Shown piece by piece: positions 1 to 11,251 of a stretch of 22,178 nt of DNA (position 1 is the stretch's first letter; each line of letters opens with the position of its first letter). The DNA comes from Moniliella sp. 'wahieum' (Eukaryota): positions 744,001 through 766,178 of the forward strand of contig RSEE01000023.1 in NCBI GenBank assembly GCA_003971905.1, read 5' to 3'. The translations under genes were made by a program, and so were the position numbers. The notes under the pieces were generated by a model. The model had not been told where the DNA came from and made no database searches. It saw only the letters and a program-made list of their open reading frames with translations.

Positions 1-1183
1 TGCCGACGGAATCGACAGTGGTACCTTCTAGTTCGGAAGGAGATCTCCTTCCGGCTAGGCGGTGCAGATGCTTCAATCGGAAGCGGGTGTCGCGCCTCTA
101 TCTGCTGGTCCAAGATGGCCGGCATGCTTCGATGCGTTCCACCCGCTCCAATCGCTCTTTCCGCTCGATTCGTTCTTCTGCCTCGGCTCGCTCGGTTGCC
201 TCAGCGCGCCGGTCTGCCTTCTTTGGTGAGGATTATGATCCCGCCCTTGACCCTGCTGCCGACAAGGACGAGAAGAACAAGAACAAGATGCGAGTTGATC
301 TAGTGGACACAGAGCCGTCTGGCGCTTGAGCGATGCTGGGTCTTCATCGGAGGATAACAAGGACAATGATGACGATACTATGACGAGGACGAAGACGCCG
401 AGGCAGAGGGGATCCTTTCTGAGCTCATGTTTGGCACAGCCTCAGTACCGATCTATACGCTCGAATCCGCTTCCAACGCCAACCGGATTGGCTCGCGCTC
501 CGGATCCGGGGTGTACACGGGCGGGTTCACCTACTCCTCTCGCGCGCCGCCTTCGCGAAACGACTTGTATGCATTGCTGGCCCGTGCGCAGGACGTGCGA
601 GAGAACAAGCCCATCCCGCGGATGGACATTGCTGCGCCACAGGGGGAGTCTGCGCCTGACCATCCAGGGTCCCTCTTAGCACCCCTACAACGGGCTCCAC
701 GCCGGTGCGCGTGCCTTCGACGTTGGGCACCTCGCTTGCCCCCGCGCGATCTGCAGTGGGGAGCATCCATTCCACCGCGCACCCGCTCGCCGCTTCGCCT
801 CCGCCGCTTGCCACCTCTCCGCCGCCTATGGGACGGAACGCTTCCACCCGTTCCTCCCAGCCTCTCCAGCCACCTGCAAGTCCGGCTCGGTCGTTGCCCA
901 CACGGGCGCTAGGGACCAGTTCGCCGCGCCAGTATCCCTCCCCGCCGCCCGGACACACCTTCCTCCCCTCCCCAACCCGTGGGCTGCCGTGCCCCCTGCA
1001 TCGTCGTCGCCTTCGCCGCTAGGTTCGTTGGGCGTCAGCGTGCCCTCGCGCTCGGCCTCTGGTGCGCCCGCACCGATCTTCGCGTGGTGGAGGAAGAAGA
1101 GCCAGCTAGCCCCGGTGTCGCCCAGCTTGCTGCTACGCCCCCCCTGGCCCGGCCGACGCTACGCCGGCTCAGCCGGCGCCTGA
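1..1183 (+). CDS. 3' part of an uncharacterised, largely disordered Ser/Pro/acidic-rich protein (starts before window; frameshifted)
   Basis: Consecutive + ORFs (18-329, 326-, 427-912, 705-1022, 989-1183) join into protein-like text: RSTRSNRSFRSIRSSASARS...AFFGEDYDP, acidic DYDEDEDAEAEGILSELMFG, then Pro/Ser-rich tail. No family motif recognised; stop position uncertain. Confidence 0.55.
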
Positions 1184-1703
1184 GACGGATCGCAGTTGGC
1201 TCGGCTCCTTGCAGTGAGTGGCGCCTCGGATGCAGCTCATGCTTCATGCTTCATGGCGCCTAGCGACGGCTCAGTGCACTCACTGTGTCACTTGTGCCCG
1301 CTTTGCCTGTTGGTTCAACCATCATGGCCTGATCCACTTTCTGTTGGCACGCCCCCCCCTCTCGCGCGCTCTCTCTCTCTTCTTACCGCCCGGACAATGT
1401 CGATGATGAGGGGAAACAAAAAGCCCTCGCCATATTACGACCGCTTTGGACATTAGTTGTTGATTAAAATTCCCCTCCTGTTGCCTATGCATGCATCTGT
1501 TGGACCGTTTGCGCCGGCCGGGGACGGAAGGGAGGGGGATGATCGATGAGGATGAGGGTACGTATATGTTTACGGTATGCAGAGAAGTGGCGTGCGGCAG
1601 CGCCTACATAGCGGCGGGATTTTACTGCTGCAGGGCCAAGCTCTGGATTGGTGTCCTTTGCTGGTATGGGTAAAACGTTAAGCTTCAAGGGGATGAAGTG
1701 GAT

Positions 1704-1742
1704 GAGGGGAACGAGGGGAACGAGGAGAACGAGGCGGACGAG
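1704..1742. repeat. Degenerate 9-bp tandem repeat GAGGRGAAC, about 4 copies
   Basis: gaggggaac gaggggaac gaggagaac gaggcggac gag read directly. Confidence 0.7.
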
Positions 1743-2127
1743 CTGCATGTTATGCAGAGGCCAATTCTAAGCGGCACCCTAACCCCTCGAAGCTCTTGCC
1801 GCTATGCTACGCCCCCACTCAGTACTCAACCCGATCGAGTTGGCACGATCCATGGGCAGGAAAGACACCAGTCCTAGCACAAGCCAGACAGCATGTCATA
1901 GTTTGACAAGGGCCACGGGTACCGATAAAATGCACCTCAGTCGGACAGACGCGTAATTTCTGCCCCCCACCCCCGCCTAACCTCCCTCCAATCCGGGAGA
2001 GCAGAGGTCGAACTCAACCTTCTGCATCCAGCTTCAAGCTTCAGCGTTGGCCAGGGCCAGGAAGAATGGGTACACTTGCCGTGGGAGTGGGGGCAGGAGA
2101 AGACCGGGGCAGGAACCCAGGAGAGAA

Positions 2128-2469
2128 TCAGGGCTGCGGCTCGCTACGCTGCGTCTTCTCCGCTTCAGCATCTAGCCAGCGCCACGTGCCGTAGCAGAAG
2201 CCAAAGACACGGCAGTGTACGCCAATACCTTGCCAAGGGGCGGGACGATCTCGCGGTAAAACGCGCCGTGGCGATCTTTGGGGGGGTGGAGGCAGTGACC
2301 CCCGTCGACCGTCGGGCATCGTTCGAGGGCGAGCCGGAGCCGGGCGGGGCGGAGCGGCAGATGGCCGAGGTGGCCAACGCACGTCCGACCCCGTCCGAGC
2401 CGAGGGTCGCAGCACACGCAATCGCCAGGAGAGGATTCGAGGAGCGGTGGGGAGCGAGCGCGTGGCCAT
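2128..2469 (-). CDS. Small (~110 aa) putative mitochondrial single-pass inner-membrane protein, Ina17-like (frameshifted)
   Basis: ATG at 2469 gives an Arg-rich, acid-poor presequence-like MATRSLPTAPRILSWRLRVLRPSAR. Across frames it continues RHGAFYREIVPPLGKVLAYTAVS / FGFCYGTWRWLDAEAEK: an HxxFYxxxxxP motif, a hydrophobic span, then charged residues. Family assignment is from recalled resemblance only. Confidence 0.45.
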   Translation of the reverse strand: MATRSLPTAPRILSWRLRVLRPSARTGSDVRWPPRPSAAPPRPAPARPRTMPDGRRGSLPPPPQRSPRRVLPRDRPAPWQGIGVHCRVFGFCYGTWRWLDAEAEKTQRSEPQP

Positions 2470-3305
2470 GGTAGCGTACTGCCGAGCGGGACGGGGGTGA
2501 CTAGTGACCGGGGAACGTCGAGCGCACTGCTTCTCGCCTCGCCGCTTCCCGTCCCAGCCGGTCCCAGCGAGCCCCACACGCGGTGGGAGCTTTGGTGTGC
2601 CGGGGAGCGGAAGCGGAATTGAATTGGGCAGGCCGCACACGCTCGGGCGACCACACTCGGGCAGCCTGATCTCCTCTGCGTCCCAGTCGGGTGCAACGGC
2701 CACCATGGGAACTGAGTGTGGCGGATGGTGTGCGTGGATGGATGCAAGTCACCACCCAGACAATGTGCTCATCAAAGCACGCCCGTGTGCCCACCATCCT
2801 CGCCGTCCGCCCTGGCCCCTTTCTCCAGTCAGCATCCGGGGAGAAGGAGAGCTGTGCTCTCCAGCTTGTCGGAGGGCGTCCACGCGGTTGACGACGATGT
2901 GACGTCGCTTGAGTATGATGACGTTTTCGCCAGCGTCGATAGCGCAGCCGTGGGACCGCCCAGGGCGTCGAGGCCGACCCAGCGAGAAGAGCAGAGAGCC
3001 TCGTTTCACGGGTGCTGCCACAGACCCTACTGCTTGCGCAGCCCCTGAATTAATTCTCGCGCCGACGTCCGGACCGAGTAGTCCTGAAGCTACTCAGTGT
3101 AGTGTACGCATACTCAGTACGCAGTCATTGAATGGTGGTAGGGTTTGCTCCCAGAACGGCAGGGCTGAGTTGCCTCGACATGGACCCGGCTGGGCCTGGC
3201 CTGGGCGGCGGCGGTGGCGGGCTTGATGTAATCTCCCTCGCACGGTCCATCCGCTCGCCTCCTTCATCGCCTACCATCACCACTGCCCTTACTGCGCGGT
3301 GAGCC

Positions 3306-4965
3306 ATGTCTGCCTCATCTCTCTTGTCCGTCGACGTGTGGCTGCAAGGTGTGCTCCCCCTAGTCGATCCCCGCTCGCTCTGCCGCCTGGCCACCACAGC
3401 CAGGTGGATGCGCCGCCTGGTCGACTCGATGGGCTGTGGCGGGCGCTGGTGCAGAGGCGCTGGCCTGCGCTCCGAGTGCCGCAGCGTGCCGTTCGGCCCG
3501 AAGGACGGCCCTGGAAGGAGGTCTTTTTCGCCTTGGAGCGGGGCGAGTACCGTGTGTTGTATGCGTGGGGGTACCCCAATGCGTTCCACGGCATTGTGGG
3601 CGTGCTGGCATCGTGGCCCGTGCTGGCGGCGACCGAACCTCATGCCGGGGTCAGCATCCCGTTCCCGCTGCGCATGTCTCCGTTGCCCCTTCAGACAAGC
3701 GGGGACTTTCCCGTGCAGGTGTTTTCGGGCCAACGGTTCATTGGCGTCGTCATGGCGTCCGGGGACATGTTTGCGTGCGGATGCATCAGTCGCACCCTGG
3801 GGTGCAGGTTTGACCAGATGACCATGGTCCCTCGCCGTCGGAGACGCGCATCCAAACGGTGGCTAGCCTTGCCGAGGCGGTGGTGGCACGGATCGAGACC
3901 CGGATCAGGAGAGCCCGGCGGTCCGTTCTGATCACCTGGAAACGGTGGGATACGGGCCAAATGGTGTATGACGAAAAGGATGGACAACCGTTCCCCCTCA
4001 ACCTGCACCCTGGTGCCCAGGTACGCGACATTCAGTCCATCCACTTTCCCATGTACCCCCTCTCGGCCTTTACTGGGTTTTTTCGTTTTGGTTGATATCC
4101 CTGCCCGCTTCGACCCGTCCGGGAGAATCAGCGAGATCTGGACGTACCAGCCGCCTGCCGTCCAACCAACAGGGGCATCCTCCTGAGGCTGGACGAACAG
4201 CTGCTGGTGCACATTGCCAAGCTGGAAACGTGTACGGGCGGACTACTGGCACGAGCGGACGACGGACGGATCTGGCGCATGTGTTCCTCCTCGGTCGCTG
4301 CGACACAATGGGAACTGGTCACCTACCCGTCCACCGTCAGGGGCCACTTTTCTGACCTGGACCCGAGACCGTACCTGCCTTCGATTTATCCGCTTTGTGA
4401 ACCGCCCATCCCAGGCGGCTTTCGTGCGGTGCGCTATTCCCACAGCGGATACGGCTATTTGTCCCAGGAAGGCGGGTTGTATGTCGCGGGCCATGGACTG
4501 CAGACGCAACCGTTGGCAGATAGTTGCGTGGCCAAATGCGACCTCGAAACCGAGGGGAGAAACCGGCGGCCTTGGTACCCGCATGCCCACTGGATGACCT
4601 CCCCGCCTCGGTGCGGGGCAAGCTCAATGACGAGTACGTGACGACGCTGCTGCGTCGCCTGACTCCGCGTTCGTACAACGCCGAGCCGCCCACGTCGGAG
4701 CTCCGCAGAATTTACTTTGACCATGACATTGCGCCGGCCACGGGGAGGATCAAGTACCTCCCGCCCCTCGCGGAGCCAGCACTCAGCCCACCGGCCAAAC
4801 GCCACCCGAGACCGAGTTTGGCGGCAGCTACGTCTACGTCCTGGATGCTTCTACATGGGCGGCCAGGGTATCGCCCTGGTCATTGAGCTCTCGCCACGAG
4901 CCCACCACTCGCAGCCCCTTATGGCGGTGGATGATGATCGAGCTTGGTTCATCAACTGCCCTTAA
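3306..4965 (+). CDS. F-box protein with degenerate RCC1-like beta-propeller repeats (Saf1-like architecture; frameshifted)
   Basis: N-terminal LSVDVWLQGVLPLVDPRSLCRLATTARWMRRLVD..LWRALVQRRW fits an F-box. Later segments LYAWG, VQVFSGQRFIGVVMASGDMFACG, IAKLETCTGGLLARADDGRIW and YGYLSQEGGLYVAGHG resemble RCC1 blades. Last frame ends with TAA at 4965. Confidence 0.65.
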
Positions 4966-4987
4966 GGCACCCCCCTCCCACGCCTCT

Positions 4988-5014
4988 TCCTCCTCCTCCT
5001 CCTCCTCCTCCTCC
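4988..5014. repeat. (TCC)9 microsatellite
   Basis: Nine perfect TCC units just 3' of the F-box gene stop. Confidence 0.9.
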
Positions 5015-5159
5015 TGTTTCTCTCCTCTTCCCTCTCCATCTCCTCCAGATTGCCCTCTCCATAACTCGAGAGCGAGCAGAAGTCGAGCATGGCATGTGTA
5101 CACAGACTTGGAATCGCCCCATGTGTCAATAGCCACCTCTTTGTGGTGCGCCCATCAAA

Positions 5160-5230
5160 GGGCGGATAGCTCAGGGTAGAGCGCTTGCTTAGCATGCATG
5201 AGGTCCGGGGTTCAATTCCCTGTTCGTCCA
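5160..5230 (+). tRNA. trnA-AGC: tRNA-Ala(AGC), intronless
   Basis: Acceptor stem GGGCGGA/TTCGTCC with the G3:U70 alanine identity pair and discriminator A; D stem GCTC/GAGC; anticodon loop TTAGCAT (AGC at 5191-5193); T arm CGGGG-TTCAATT-CCCTG. Confidence 0.96.
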
Positions 5231-5241
5231 TTTTGTTTTTT
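5231..5241 (+). terminator. RNA polymerase III terminator (T4-G-T6)
   Basis: TTTTGTTTTTT immediately follows the tRNA 3' end. Confidence 0.85.
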
Positions 5242-6108
5242 GGACTGGGAGGGACTCTTCCCTGAGCTGGCATGCTCGAAACCATCAAGACCCACACCAT
5301 GCTGATATTGACGCTCTGGCTGTTCGTACCCTCACCGCCTCACCATCTCACCAACCAAAGTTCCATCGCTCCAGGTGCCCACCCATCCCAACTCATGCTT
5401 CAAAGTAACGCCTGCCCCTCCGTCGATCCTCCAGGTACTACATACTTCCCATCCCATCCCACGCGCGGGGTTTACCCATGGTCAACGCGAACTGAATCCG
5501 ATCCCATCCTCCGATGGGTCCCAACAAATTCATAGCACATGCAGAATACAGTTGGAGCGCACGAACAATGACGCAAAAGGTAATACTAACGCAGCACAAG
5601 GGGGTGGGTGTAGGGGGGGAGTGTGACCTTACTGCAGTACGACAAGGCCAGGGGGAAGGGGGAAAACGGGCAGGGGAGACCACCAGCGCGGGAGGGACAA
5701 CGGACGAAAGGGCCAGAGACACTGTACCCCCACGCCGGCAGGGCATCCTGCTAACGGCCCCAAAGCGCCAGGTGAGCGACCCATCCGTCGTCGTCGTCTC
5801 CCTCACCGGCATAGTTGGGCTACCTTGGGCTCCAAGGCCGCACCCGCCTCCCCCCGCCGGACCGAGCGCACGTCAAGTCAACACACAAATACGAGGCAAA
5901 ATAAGCGCCTAGCCAGGTATCAGCTGGCCAGGGCGAAACGAGAGCGAGGGCGGGGGACAAAGTGCCCCGACAAGGCCAACTGAAGGCGAGGGGGCAAACT
6001 GAAGGCCACACTCACACTGTGGGGGTAGCGCAAAAAGAGAGAAAGGGAGCCAAAGGGGAAAGGAGAGCCAAAGCCAAAGCCAAAACTAAAACCAAAGGGC
6101 CGCAGCGG

Positions 6109-9100
6109 TTACTGCTCCATTGGCTCGGGGGGATAGACGGGCGTAGCGTGGGCCGTGGGTGGCGGAGCGGGGGCCGGCGCGGCAGGCTCGCTGCTCGCTG
6201 GCCCAGGAGCGCGATAAAGCGAGTTGGGCGCATAGACCGGAGCTAAAATTTGCTCGGGCGAGCGAGGCGGGGGGCGTCCGCAGGCCGATCGGGCGGGTGC
6301 ATGAGTGAGGTGGAGGCGGGAGCGTGCGCGTGCACCTGCGCGTGCACCTGCGCAGCAGGCTCGGGCGGCGGCGCATGCTCCGCGTCCAACGTGCCGGGCG
6401 GGGCGGCGCGTGCGCCTGCGAGGCAGACCGAACGTGCGGGTTACGTGCGGGCGGGAGCACGAGGGGGAAGTGGGAGGCGTGGTCTTGTTGTTGGCTCTCA
6501 ATGGTGGCCAAGAGCGCGGTGGCATGGGCGTGTTCTACACCGTGCATCGCAGCCAGCGAGACGGGCGCCGTGATGGGCGCAGCATGGGCGGGCAAGCCGG
6601 AGGCAGAGGGGACGTAGCCGTTTGGCAGCACGCCTCCTGCCGAGTGCGGAGCGTCAGGGCCAATCGGAGAGAACGGCCCGCCAGGGGCAGACGAGGTGGC
6701 AAAGGGGCTGGGAGAAAGAGCAGCAAGCCCAGTCCAGGCGTTTGCGAACCAGGTCCCGCCTCCCGCGTCGACGCGCCGCCGATCCGTCCGATTGACTCGC
6801 AGGCGGCGGCATGCTGCCCGCGCCCGCGCCCGCGCCCGCGTCCGCTGGCGGCTGCGACGCTCCCGAGGCATAACCAAACGAGGGCGGCGGCGGAACGGGC
6901 GCCGAAGGGTCGCTGGCCGCAAGCGAGGGGGGAAGGGGCATGTGCGCCGACGTATAGTTCGGGCCCGCCGGTCCGTTCCGATCGACATCACCCGACGCTG
7001 CCTCCTCGTCCATGACCACATCCCAATCGGAGCTGGGCATGTACTCGGCCGAAGCGGGCTCGGGCTCCAGACCGCTCGGCGGTTGGACGGAGGCAGGGTA
7101 TGCTTGCCGCTGCCCGCGTGGGCGGCCAAGACGCCAGGTGCAATCGGAGGCAACGTGGCTCGGGCTCATCAATCTGCACATGCACCGTGGTCTGCAGCTG
7201 ATTCAGCACCCCGTTAAACAGTAGTAGCCCACGACTTTGATCGTGTTGGCCACATCGGCCGAAGGCGGGGTGCCAAGCATCACGGGCGCCTCCCGTCGCC
7301 CCCGAGCTGCAACCAGGCAGGCAGAACCGGCACGACATATACCGCGCGAATGTCCCGCGACGGCAGTTGCGGATCCCACACACGCAACGGCCACGACCAC
7401 TCGACGCCAACCGTAGCGCGCGTCGGCGCGGCCGCAATCCGTCGCCGGAACGCACGAAAGTCCCACACCCCTTCCACGGGCGTGTTTTGCGACGCAGCCG
7501 CTTCCTCGGGCTTGCGCCGGCGCGCGTCAAGGCGCCAAATGTTTTGCCACGCGATTTGGCCTTGCGGCCATCCTCGTTGAAACGGGCAATCCAACGGTGG
7601 TGCCACAGTACTCACTGCTTCACCTGGCGCACCGACGGCATCCCGCCACTCGCACTCGCCTCGTTCGGCTCCAGACCGGCAAAGGCAGACTGCAGCGCGG
7701 CTTGAAAGCCTTCTTGGAACGCTTGGATGCGCAGCTGAAACGGACGCCACACGCCCACTTGGTCCATGCGCGCCATACGCTTGGGGGCCAACAACTGGTG
7801 AATTGGGTCGCCGTTGGGACCGACCATTTCCACTGCAACAATGCACGACACCCAAGTCAGCACGCTACCGTTCCATCACAGAACGATGGAGGGGGGGGGG
7901 GGGGGGGGGCAACGTACAATCGGAACACAAGCGTTGCAAGAACTGCCACAGGACCGAGTCCAGTCGAGAGCGCAGGACGGGATCCATCGTGGTCCGGTAC
8001 TCGGGCTCGGTATCGTTTCCCACCGCCAGGCCGCCCGTGACCACGCCTTGGGCGACAACTGAAGACAGTTGTGCCACGTTTTTCTCGTACGCGTCACGGT
8101 CGGGCCCATCCGCCGTGGGCGGTGGGATGAGATGAGCAAGGATGGGAAGAGGGGGTAAGGCAGTCGCCGGCGGTTCCGTCGGCTCGGTCGGGATGGGGTC
8201 GGTCACATCGGGATTGGGTGCGTCGAGCAAAGCAGGGGAAGGGGCTAGGGGGATCAAGTGGAGCAAAGGAGGCGCGAGGGAAAGATGATTTGTATCGGTA
8301 CAAAAGAAGGTGTGGACGATCCTGAGGGTGCGCGTGAGTGCACGTTGGATATCGACGCAGACAGACTGCGATAATGACCGACCGCAGGCAACCCCGCCAT
8401 CGAGTTGGACAGCAACAGCGAAGATTCCGAATCTCCCGGTCCGCCGCCCACCAGCGGTTCGTCCGAGTCCGAGTCCGAGTCAATTTCTTCCGCTTCCCCC
8501 CAAGCGTGAATCGAGTCACTGGGCTCGCACACAAACTCGGACGACAACGAGGAACCAGCCGCCGTTGTACGGCCGCTGGGACAAGGACTGGAACGGGCTT
8601 TGCAACGCCGCTCCAGCTGGCCAGGTGGAAGTGGTCGCGTCTGGCAGGGAGGAGACGGGGGTGTCAGCCATGCCAGGGACCAAGGAGATGGCAGAATCGC
8701 CCGCATGGCCGTTCCCGCTCTCTCCCCGATTCCGACGCGCGGTGCAGCTGGGAGGTCTGGTTAAGAAACTCGGCCATTTGCGCCAACGAAGGCGGATGTG
8801 ATCCCATGCTGGGCGGACCCGATGCATTCGGTGTGAACCGATGGGCGGGGGTCTGCGAGGGAGGCTGTTCGGAAGCGAGGGTGCAAAGTTAAATGTCTGA
8901 GCAGACGACGGCGGGTAGATGGTGCCCGACGGTGTCTGCTGACCTGCGGTGGACACCGGCGTGGAGGTAGAGGCCCCATGGTGCGGGGCGGGAGACGGGT
9001 TATGGGAGCCCGGCACCGATGGATGGGAAGGCAAGCCATGGCCTTGAGGGAAACCAGACTGAGGCGGGTGGGACGAAACCACAGTAGACTGGGACGAATC

Positions 9101-10556
9101 CGTTGGCAAGGAGGGACGATCAGTAGAGTTCCCAGGCGGCCCAGAGGATGCGGGCTCCTGTGCTGCCACCGGCGGGGGGTGGGGCGTCAGTTGCGCCGGC
9201 GTAAGCTGCTGGGATGAGTGCTGATGTTGTTGAGGTTGATGAGCAGGCTTCTCCCCCTCAGATAACATGTCACGTAACGCCCGAGCGGCCGCGGCATGGT
9301 CCTCCCCTAGCGCGGCGGCGGCTGGTCCAACATGATCTCACGGGCTTGGTTGATGAACTGGGCCAACTGGGCAAGAGAGTGAGTTACTTGGTCCATACTG
9401 TGCTTGGCCAAGCTTTGGCGGGTAGTCATCGCGGCCATAGCTAGGCTGTCGAGGAGAGAAGAGAGACGACTCTGGATCTCGGCTGGCAGGGTGCAGGTCC
9501 AGGGAGGTGCGCTGGGCCCAGCCGCGGCGGGGGGGGAGAGACGGGCAGGACAGGGGGGGACAGTTCTGTTGCGGCTGTGTCAGGCGAGCGGACGGAGGCG
9601 CCAAGCGAGGATGTCGGGAGCGAGTGAGACGGGTAGGGAAGGAGGATGTGGAGGCGGCACTGCTGGTTCCGGTGGTGTTTTGGCTGGAAACGAGGGGAGC
9701 AAAGGGTAAGGCAGTGGGGAATTGCAGAGGCGTGAGAAGGGCGGCCTGGGTCGGAGGCGGGGCAAACGACTGCGCCTGAGCCTGGGACTGAGGGTGGGGG
9801 GAGCCTGATGGCCACTGGGAGAGGGCCCATCGGATGAGCAGAGGCATTGGCCGCGCCAAATGCAGCAGCATACCCGTAATCCAGATCCATGGCGGAGGAG
9901 GCCTGCTGGCCCAACCCGGCGGGGAGGACAGGGCCAGCGTGGTGGGGCTGATGGTTGAGGGGCTGAGGGCGCCGGACTCGGCAGGAGGGAATGTGGTGAT
10001 GACGGCAGCGAGGGACGGGTGGTGGCCGGTGGCCGGCGGGCGGGGGCGGGAAGGGAGAAGGTGGGGGGGGCAGCGGGACAGGCGAGCGGCAGCGGCAGCG
10101 GCAGCGGCAGCGGCAGCGGCAGCGGCGGGAGGCGCATAGACGGCGGCCTGCTGGCGGCGCTGTTCGCGGAGGGTGTCGGTGGTGGCACGGTGCTGGAGCT
10201 GGCCGGCGGCGCTTGTCGTTGAGCGAGTGGCTGCGCTGGGGGCCGGCATGGGAGGGGGTGGGGGGGGTGGGCGTCGGGAGCGGGTGCGGGGAGTCGGTGG
10301 GGGCATGGGGGGCGATGGCGACGGCGCAGCATAGACCGCGAGAGCCGAGGTGGGCAGGGCAGTGGACGGAGGCTCGGAAGGAGCGGGCGCGGCGGGCGTG
10401 GCGGGCATGGCCATCGGGCCCGGAGAGGGAGGGGTGGTGGGGGGAGGGGTGGTTGGTTATAGGAAGACGCCAGCCCGCGTGGCTTAGCAGCGACGCAGAC
10501 GAGGTGCTGGCCGTCTGGGCTGGCCCCGTGCTGGTGTGCTCGATCATTGATTCCAT
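6109..10556 (-). CDS. Large uncharacterised protein: low-complexity N- and C-termini, central basic/aromatic core plus Ig-like (He_PIG/CADG-type) motif; one intron, frameshifted
   Basis: Core stitched by eye: DPVLRSRLDSVLWQFLQRLCSD^LEMVGPNGDPIHQLLAPKRMARMDQVGVWRPFQLRIQAFQEGF...LWHHRWIARFNEDGRKAKSRG-NIWRLDARRR...VWDFRAFRRRIAAAPTRATVGVEWSWPLRVWDPQ...LPAWLQL...MLGTPP...TVHVQI. An amphipathic helix lies at ~9328-9478 (IQSRLSSLLDSLAMAAMTTRQSLAKHSMDQVTHSLAQLAQFINQAREIML). Start (10556) and stop (6109) are best guesses. Confidence 0.75.
7833..7917 (-). other. Spliceosomal intron (85 nt) containing a long C run
   Basis: Minus strand GTACGT donor, GCTGAC branch site, TTGCAG acceptor. Removal joins ...LCSD to LEMVGPNGDPIHQ in frame. 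Contains the G19 run at +7891-7909. Confidence 0.85.
10085..10126. repeat. (AGCGGC)7 hexanucleotide repeat inside the minus-strand gene
   Basis: Seven perfect units; on the minus strand it encodes poly-Ala, (LP)n or (CR)n depending on frame. Confidence 0.9.
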
Positions 10557-11230
10557 GGGTCATCGATCCGCAGTCACGAGTCACGCATCGCATGTGCCTC
10601 TGGCCAGGCACGCGAGAGCAGCGTCAGCGCGTCACGCGTCAGCCATCGATCGCAAGCCGCGTGCGTCGTGTCTGGCCTGCGTCTGGCCATCACCACATCA
10701 CCCGCATCACCGCACCACTCTGTCAGCACGGTTCAATATTCAGCTGACCGTCTGAACCTTCACACGCTCACACGGTCACTGGAACAGTCACTCGATTCGG
10801 CACCATCCAGTCCTGCCTCTTTGTCGTGTGTTCGCCCGTCGATATTTCCATCCCACACTCTGTCTTTCCCCGCGCCCCCTGCCCTCCCTGCCCTCCCCTT
10901 CCCCCAGGCTACTCCCCTCGGCCGCAGCCAACCCTGGCGCCGGTGTCTCTGTGTCTCAGCTGTGGCCGGTTGCCGATTGCCGATTTCCAATTGCCACCTG
11001 CCACTTGCCACTTGCGCGTACCGCCCTCGTGCATAGCACACAGGCACCTCTGCCCAAGCCCATCCCGGCAGATTTTCTCAGCCTCGCGTGCCATGTCCCA
11101 GCTTCGCCCTCGTGCAACCACAATTCCCACGGCCGGGAGGATCGGTGCAGCTCTAGGAAGAAAACTCCAGCCAGGCACACACTCCCGCTTCCGCCCTGCC
11201 TGCCTGTCCAACCGAAAGCTCCAGGGCCTG

Positions 11231-11251
11231 AAGCTTCAAGCTTCAAGCTTC
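11231..11251. repeat. (AAGCTTC)3 tandem repeat
   Basis: aagcttc aagcttc aagcttc read directly; shorter versions near 1680 and 2030. Confidence 0.8.

Noticed and set aside
6988..7530. Cys-rich ORF (CVCGIRNC..SCRFC..C) as a Zn2Cys6 cluster
   Set aside because: Spacing does not fit CxxCx6Cx5-12CxxCx6-8C, and it is an alternative frame of the conserved core.
7891..7909. G19 run and G-rich + strand over 9500-10450 as functional G-quadruplexes
   Set aside because: The run is intronic and its length is unreliable; the G skew is explained by Pro codons on the minus strand.
11229..11251. GAAGCTTC repeats as a heat-shock element
   Set aside because: Only two inverted nGAAn units; the 7-bp period breaks the 5-bp alternation a full HSE needs.
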